NCBI RefSeq assembly: GCF_009914755.1
Contig: NC_060937.1
DNA length: 64,000 nt
DNA from: the human T2T-CHM13v2.0 reference genome, Homo sapiens
Strand: one strand, 5' to 3'
In this document: one piece after another, positions 56,931-64,000 of the stretch
Layout: every line of letters begins with the position of its first letter
How positions within the stretch are numbered: position 1 is the stretch's first letter
Notes under the pieces: model-generated
What the model was told of the DNA's origin: nothing
Seen by the model: the letters and a program-made list of their open reading frames with translations, nothing else
Database searches by the model: none
Position numbers and translations under genes: made by a program

Positions 56931-58858
56931 ATGATTGTATTTAATCAATTATGTAGCAGGATTATAGTATCAACAGTTCTCCCCAGAGATCTAGTAGAGG
57001 TCAAGTGTTTCAGAAGGCAGGAAGGGAAGGAAAAAAGGAGCAGGAGGGAGGAGAAGATGTGGAAGAAGAGGAGAAAACAGATATGAAGAGGGATAAAGAA
57101 AAGGAAGGTTCCATTAAATGTCATGGGGCAGTGCCAGCCCAAGTGTAATTCTGAAATAAGTAAGGCTGGTCTTGATACTTCTCACCGTTTTTTTATCCAT
57201 CTAGTTCCCAGCTTCCATGTTTCTCTCTTTAGAGGTTTAGATGAGCAAAGCCTAGCTGATGATCTAATCTTCCCACCCTTCCAATATCTACTCTGACTCC
57301 AAAGGCTCCATACTCCAAAATAAACTCTCTCTCTGCTTTCCCAGTCTAACCATCAATGCATCTGAACTCTACTGCAAATTGGGAGAAACATCATGAATTA
57401 ACACCTAAATAAGAATGATTTAATTTTCAACCTCCCTTCAAGATAGTTATGCTTTTTAAAAAGAGAGTTCTTGCAAATAGCATGTTAGGCAGAGAACAAA
57501 GTGAAGAGCAAAATCTAGGAGGTTTGGAGCAGAGTTACCTGACTACCACAACAGCCACCCAGGTCTCTTGAGATCCTGTTCCCCATGGCCATTTCCCAGA
57601 AGCCCCTCTGGCTTCCCTCAGCCTCTTCCCTTCCTTCATATCTGAATACATAGGAGCTAGGAAGTCAGGATCTTATTACAACAGTGGTGTGTTTCCCTTG
57701 GGGCACCACAAATTCATCATGAACTAAATCAGTATATAAATAACCGAACATAAGCAAACAGATGAATAAATAATAAACAGCTTCCATGGTGATGACACTA
57801 GGGTCTGTGCCTATGGGAATGGAGGGAGCAGAGTGTGTTGCTTCTTTGCAAGTCAAGGAATACTTGGATGCATCAAACTGAGAGAAAAGAGGGCAACTAA
57901 AGTTACCTGAAGTGGGGAGTAACACAAGTGATTTCTTGGACTATTTTTGATCCAAAGCCTATTTATTCTCAACTAGGTGTTAAACTTTAGAGTGAGAAAC
58001 AAGGAACCAGAGTTTTCTTACTTTATCATGCAGCTTTCCCTATAATTTCCAAATCCATCTCAGTAGGGGTGACTTAGGCCAGAATTGCTGTCAATGCTGC
58101 AACCACAAAACATGGATCCCAGCTCCCAGACTACATTAGAGGGAAGATCTCTCCTCCCTTGCCCCTCCGAACCAATGACGAATGCAGTAGCAGAGTTTGG
58201 CTGGAGACCAGGATTTTCTGGGACACTTGACTATTACCATAAGGCTTAGGCCACAGACCTTGGTTACACCAGGGGAAGTGTTGGTGCATCTTTAATGATT
58301 CAGCTAAAAACCAGCAACTTGAGGGCTGTGTTCTTCTTCCAGAGCCTGAACATCCCCATCTGCTGTTCCAGAGTGCAATGGGCTAAGTGGGACACCACAT
58401 GCTGTTGTCTCTGTGAGTGTTCCCAGGGATGTTATTCCAGAAGCCTTTGTGTGCGTGCCTGGTCATGTCCCTTGTCTATACAACAGGATATAAAACAAAT
58501 AGTTCATCATCTAGTTTACTACTCTTAAAGTTTTTTAAACTCCCAAGAAAAATGTCCACTTACTGTTACAGAAAATCTCACATACAATTTCCAGAAGTTT
58601 ATGGCTGAAGATAGGTTCAATGAAACCTAGGACAAGAGCCCTGATGGAGTGAGCCGTCCTTGCTTGAGACAGGCAGTACTAGAAGTATCAGAACATGTGG
58701 TGCTGAAGCAGGCACAATCTAGAGGGGTTACAAATACCATTAACATTCCATTGGCTTTGTCTTCTCATACCCTATCTAAAATAATACCTCTTCCTTTCCT
58801 TACAATTCCCTATTCTTTCACTATTTATTTATTCTTCAAAACACTTACTACTACATGA

Positions 58859-59081
58859 TATGAAGGGCTTATAAAAAGTTGGAAAACCAGGGCTACATTT
58901 ATTTTTTAAAGCATGTTGGCTATATTGTGTAATATTCTTAGTATGTTTTTCTCCAGTTCTTAAACACCTTTTGAAGTGATGTTTCTCTAAATGTAAAGCA
59001 ACGGACCAATTTGCTCATTTTTAAAAGTACAATGAAGTATTTTTCTCTATGTTTCTAGACTTTGAGGGGCAGTCTTTAGTA
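58859..59081. mobile_element. Possible Tc1/mariner-type (MARNA-like) relic
   Basis: Imperfect terminal inverted repeats flanked by TA ('tatgaagggc..aaaagttggaaaaccagg' / 'ctatgtttctagactttgaggggcagtctttagta'). Confidence 0.35.
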
Positions 59082-60670
59082 TGTTTATTGTATTGCTAGG
59101 TAATCCTTAGAACATCTCAGCAAGAGAAAAGAGATTAAAAAGCACATTAGTATGAATGCATGTCTATTTGATGTGATCATTAACATTAGTTATTACCTTC
59201 ACAGATATGATTGGAATGTATAATCTCAAGTCCCATTAAGTCTTATTCTTCTAGTCCCAGCAGGCTTTTGTGTCAACTCATTAACACAAAGGTCATTGTT
59301 CTCATTTTTAGAAGACTAACAGATTGTAACAACACAACACTGATTATGCTGCTAGATTTGGAAAGACACAGAAGGAACAAAATCTTCTGCTTCATGAGAA
59401 GCGAGGAGTAGGCTCTTTCCAGTCACGTCTCTGCATTGCTAGAATTTACTGAAGTTGAAGAGGAACCAATCAAAATATCTTTGGATAGAAGACATTGTTG
59501 TGAATGCACATCCAGCTGCCTGTGGAATCCCCAAGTTCCTCTCAAAGATGGTGGCCCAGTATTCCATCTCAGCTGAGAAATGACTCAGTCAACAAACTAT
59601 TGATCACATATCTTGCTATCAGCAATGTGTTGGTGCAGTAACATATTATATAGGGAGGAACTCCTCTTCTTTCAGAGGTTAACTCTGAAAGTAGAGACAA
59701 GCTACTTTATTATTATATCAGCTAGAGGGTAATAGACACCAAAAAAGAATTCAGGCTAGTTTCTACTGCAATACAGAAGAGGGGAAGAAGAGTAAAGGAA
59801 TACTAGCTGGGGAGGAGTCAGGAAGAGCTTGCTAATATCTACCAGTATAATAAACACACAGAATATCTCAAATATGAAACAAATGACCAAATCCCTTGCT
59901 GCAAGAGAAACCTTTAAATTGAATGTTGAAAATGAGAAGGACTTAAATATGCAGTGATGGAGGATAATGTATTCCAGTTCCTGAGCAAAGCCATAATACA
60001 GACAATCCCCAGAGCTGTCAAGCACCATGTTCGTTTATTCACCAGTAAGCTGCTTGTCATTTCTGCTGTCCTGATTCTGCTTCAGACATCTCTCTCATAG
60101 GTTGGCCCCAGTGTGGCAATGGCAGCAGAGACCAAGGGAAATTCTTCATTAATGCAGTATGATGCTTCTCACTACTTTGCTGATAAATGTTGGGGAAAAA
60201 AAACCAGATTGATGAAGGGTCTACACTATCACATAAGCATAGCTTAGAATACTATTCAGTGTAACATTTAGTTCTGGAGAAAATCTTGGAAACTCTGTGG
60301 TTAGGTAGGGAAATTAGCCACAACTAGAGTTGGTTTGCCTTTCAGGTGCTGGAATAAAGTAAGTAATGATTGAACTAGTCAGATGGAGATGACATCTCCT
60401 CTGAAAAATGACTGTGATAGTTGAATAAAAGCCAGTTTTCATCCACTGGCGCTAAAGTGCAAAGGAGATCTCACAGGAAGAGCTCATACATGAAACAAAA
60501 TTGACATGTTCAGGGAGCTCAGTTTCCAGAGATTATACTTTGAACACCAGAAGAAACAGAATGGGTTTCCGAAGGGGTAATAAACTGAAAAATAATCTCC
60601 AGAGTTTTGCTCTCTCTTTATCTTGTTTGAAATTCAATATTACTCTTATTAAATGTGCTTGTGCTTTTAA

Positions 60671-61092
<422 letters not shown>

Positions 61093-61905
61093 GTTTTTCT
61101 TTCTCTCTGGATTCCATTACTACTTCATCTTCCTTCCATCCACATAACCCTCTACTCAGAGGAATCCTTGTGAATATCTACTACATGTTATTCCATATTT
61201 TCTACAAGCTCATGTTATCATAATTTACATATGTGCAAGTTACATGTGCAGGAAGTTTTGCAGTAGTTTGTTACACAAAAACCAGTATCATACCATTATA
61301 CTTATTTATGTTATTTTTCCACTCACCTTGTCTTTGTGGAAGTCACTCCAAAACAAATGGTTTACCTCTCATTCATTCTTTTTAATGACTGCATTATGTT
61401 TCATGGTGTGGATATAAAATTCTAGGTCATCAGATTTTTCTTTATTCTTTGAGGGAAAGTTTTTAAATGTCACTGAAATAATTTTTAAATGCCACCAAAA
61501 TAATTGTATTTCAAATGCGAACAAGGTAGGCTTATAAAAGCATGTTTCCACATCAACCATAAATACTGAAAACCTAATTAGACCTGTGGACATTACAAGA
61601 AGAAGCCTGAGACTTCACTGCTCATACCCTTCCTCCTCCCATAGAAGTAACTGAAGCCTTCAACATCACCATCTGGGCAGGGGAAACCGAAAGATAAAGA
61701 CTCTCATTTAAATTACCTATTCCCAGTGAAACGGGATTTCAGCTGGCTTCCACTACATACTTATTCAATAAGAAAATTCTGTGTACTTGGCACTTACTTT
61801 TTAATACTGACAATTTTTGCCTCCAGCCTACTTACAACATTCTGTTCCCCTCATCTCTCTTTCTGTATTATACAAAGTGCAAAACCTCTTTTTGTCCTCT
61901 CTTCC

Positions 61906-62269
61906 TATCTAAGTCGGTTTGGGCTGCTATGACAAGTTGTTATAGACTGTGTGGCATAAACAACAACATTTATTTTTCACTGTTTTGGAGGCTGGGAAGC
62001 CCAAGATCAAGGTGTCTGCAGATCCATCCTCTGTTGAGGGCTGTTTCCTGGTTTGCAGGTGGCTGTTATCTGGTTGCATTCTCACATGGCAGAGAACAGA
62101 GAGCAAAAGCAAGGTCTTGTGCTACTTCTCATAAGGGCACTGATGAGACTCATGAGGGTTCCACCCTTATGACCTGATTACCTTCCAAAAGCCCACCTCA
62201 GAATATCACATTGGGGATTAAGCTGCAACATATGAATTTTAGGGGGAAATAAACTTTTAATCCCTAGCA
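61906..62269 (-). mobile_element. MLT1A-like MaLR solo LTR
   Basis: 'gtttgggctgctatgacaa...ggaggctgggaagcccaagatcaaggtg...catgagggttccacccttatgacct...caacatatgaatttt'. Confidence 0.9.
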
Positions 62270-62711
62270 CCTTCTATATTTCCATGTACTTTCAAATCAT
62301 TTCCCATCACTGAACTAATCTTCTCTCTCTGTACCATGCTTCCTGAGGGTTCCCTTTAACCTCATGCTTCCTGAATGTTCCCTGTCCCTTCACCTTACTT
62401 TCTCTGGCTCCTACTCCTCACCACAGGTTCCAACAGAAACCACCTTTCTGAGTTTTATGCAGTTATTAAGCTTGAATTGTTAGGATAGAAATTTACTTGC
62501 TTTCCTTTTTTATGAATTTACCAGTACTCTTCGCATGCACTGTCTATATTGTCTTACTCATCTGTGTGGACCCAGACCCAACACAGTTTATGAGGCTTTC
62601 CGTGTGGTGAATGCTCAGGAGATGTTTGTTAGGAAGATGTGGTTGTGTTTGGGAAATTGTTCTGCTGACTCACAAAGTCAGTCCTGTCTGATCTGTTGGC
62701 TCCACGTGTAC

Positions 62712-62959
62712 TTTTTTTTTTTTTTTTTTTTTTTTTGAGGCAGAACCTCACTCTGTCACCCAGGCTGGTGTGCAGTGGCATGATCATGGCTCACTGCATT
62801 GCAGCCTCAACCTCCCAGGCTCAGGTGGTCCTCCCACCTCAGCCTCCCAAGTATCTGGGACAGCAAGCACATGCCACCACACCCAGCTAACTTTTTTTAA
62901 AATTTTTTTGTAGAGAATGGGTCCCACTGTGTTGTCCAGGCTGGGCTTGAACTCTTGGG
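62712..62959 (-). mobile_element. AluJ, 5'-truncated
   Basis: Poly-T, J-type right arm and partial left arm. TSD ccacgtgtactt (62702-62713) / ccacatgtattt (62960-62971). Confidence 0.9.
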
Positions 62960-63639
62960 CCACATGTATTTCAGTCATGAGCTATCCACGAAATACCTCC
63001 CATGTTTGTTTCTTCTTGTCCTTCCCTTTTTTACTCCCAACACTTCAAGTTCACTCCATATTATTTCTCTTCTGGACCACTGCACAAATGTTCTCTGAAT
63101 GGTAATCCTGTTTCTCTTATTATGTATATATTAAGTGGAAACTTCCCATTTCTTAGCTCTGATTTTTTTTTGCTCCCCTGGTCAAAAACCTTCAGTGTTT
63201 TTGGCCAACTCAATAAAATCAAATCTTTAGAAGTTTGATTTGATAAAGGCTTGGTCTGATAAAACCTATCGAGGGTAGGGTTGATAAAAACATATATCTG
63301 GCTTTCCAAAGTACTATCCAGGCTTATCTCCATCACACCACACTCTCTTATCAGAGTCATTCTGGACTAGTGTGGAATTTCATTTTCTGTCTTTGGATAT
63401 TTCAGCTGTTTAATGTGTGTTGTACTTATTTTCTTTTTGTACCTTAAAATGGCCTCATATCTATTTATTGATAACTCACCCGTTCTGAAAGATCTTAGTC
63501 ATCACTACTAGGTCCCACAGCCTGCATAAGACCTGCTGCGATTTCCTCCAACCAGACATCTCTTTCTCCACCAGCTCCATTGCTTTTTTTCATGCCATTC
63601 TTGTGTTTTCTTTTATTATAGGTACTTGTGGTTCCTCTA

Positions 63640-63770
63640 AATATATGTATTTAAATATATATTAAAAGAAGTCTCAAATATATATATACATATATGTATT
63701 TATATATATCTAGCATAATCATTTATATACACACAGATACATCAGCCACATATAAGTATGTATATATTTG
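63640..63770. repeat. TA-rich low-complexity tract within an L2-like relic
   Basis: TA runs are seen directly. The flanking 'actgaactataaatctttt..agagaccatacctta' resembles the L2 tail. Confidence 0.7.
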
Positions 63771-64000
63771 TTGTACTTTTTATTATTTATGTTTGATCAC
63801 TGAACTATAAATCTTTTAGACTAGAGACCATACCTTATTGCCTTTTGTTTCTTGCATTATATGCTTTAAATAGGTTTCTTGAACTTAAAATTTCACAGAC
63901 CAATTTAGCCATTTCTTACAAAATTCCCAGTAATTGGACTTTACAGCTTTACAACATTTAATAGAAGCAAACTAAAGCCAAGTCTTCATGGCTAAATGTA

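Overview
This is AT-rich, CpG-depleted primate nuclear DNA. An AluYa-lineage element points to human or another great ape. The window looks intergenic or deep intronic, with no supportable host protein-coding gene, and most of it is decayed transposable elements. 3-22 kb is a nested LINE-1 stack: a 5'-truncated L1PA(7/8-like), an old L1M, and a full-length L1MA. The L1MA is interrupted by a full-length L1PA16/17-like element carrying a complete THE1 provirus, and also by an AluYa4-like element and an MSTB remnant. 22-64 kb holds Alus, a 7SL retropseudogene, MaLR/ERV1/ERVL LTRs, MER DNA transposons and many MIR/L2 relics. All ORFs in the track with a recognisable product are L1 ORF2, MaLR or Alu remnants; the rest look like chance or low-complexity ORFs. 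I found no convincing new multi-gene system. The most interesting signals are (i) a probable ancient L1 3' transduction of about 490 bp, (ii) a pre-miRNA-sized hairpin apparently made by template switching inside an L1 3' UTR, (iii) a 42-bp dispersed doublet, (iv) a ~112-bp monomer array in an L1 5' UTR and (v) tailless 7SL/Alu retrocopies. Subfamily names come from recalled consensus sequences and need RepeatMasker/Dfam confirmation. Boundaries of old repeats are approximate.
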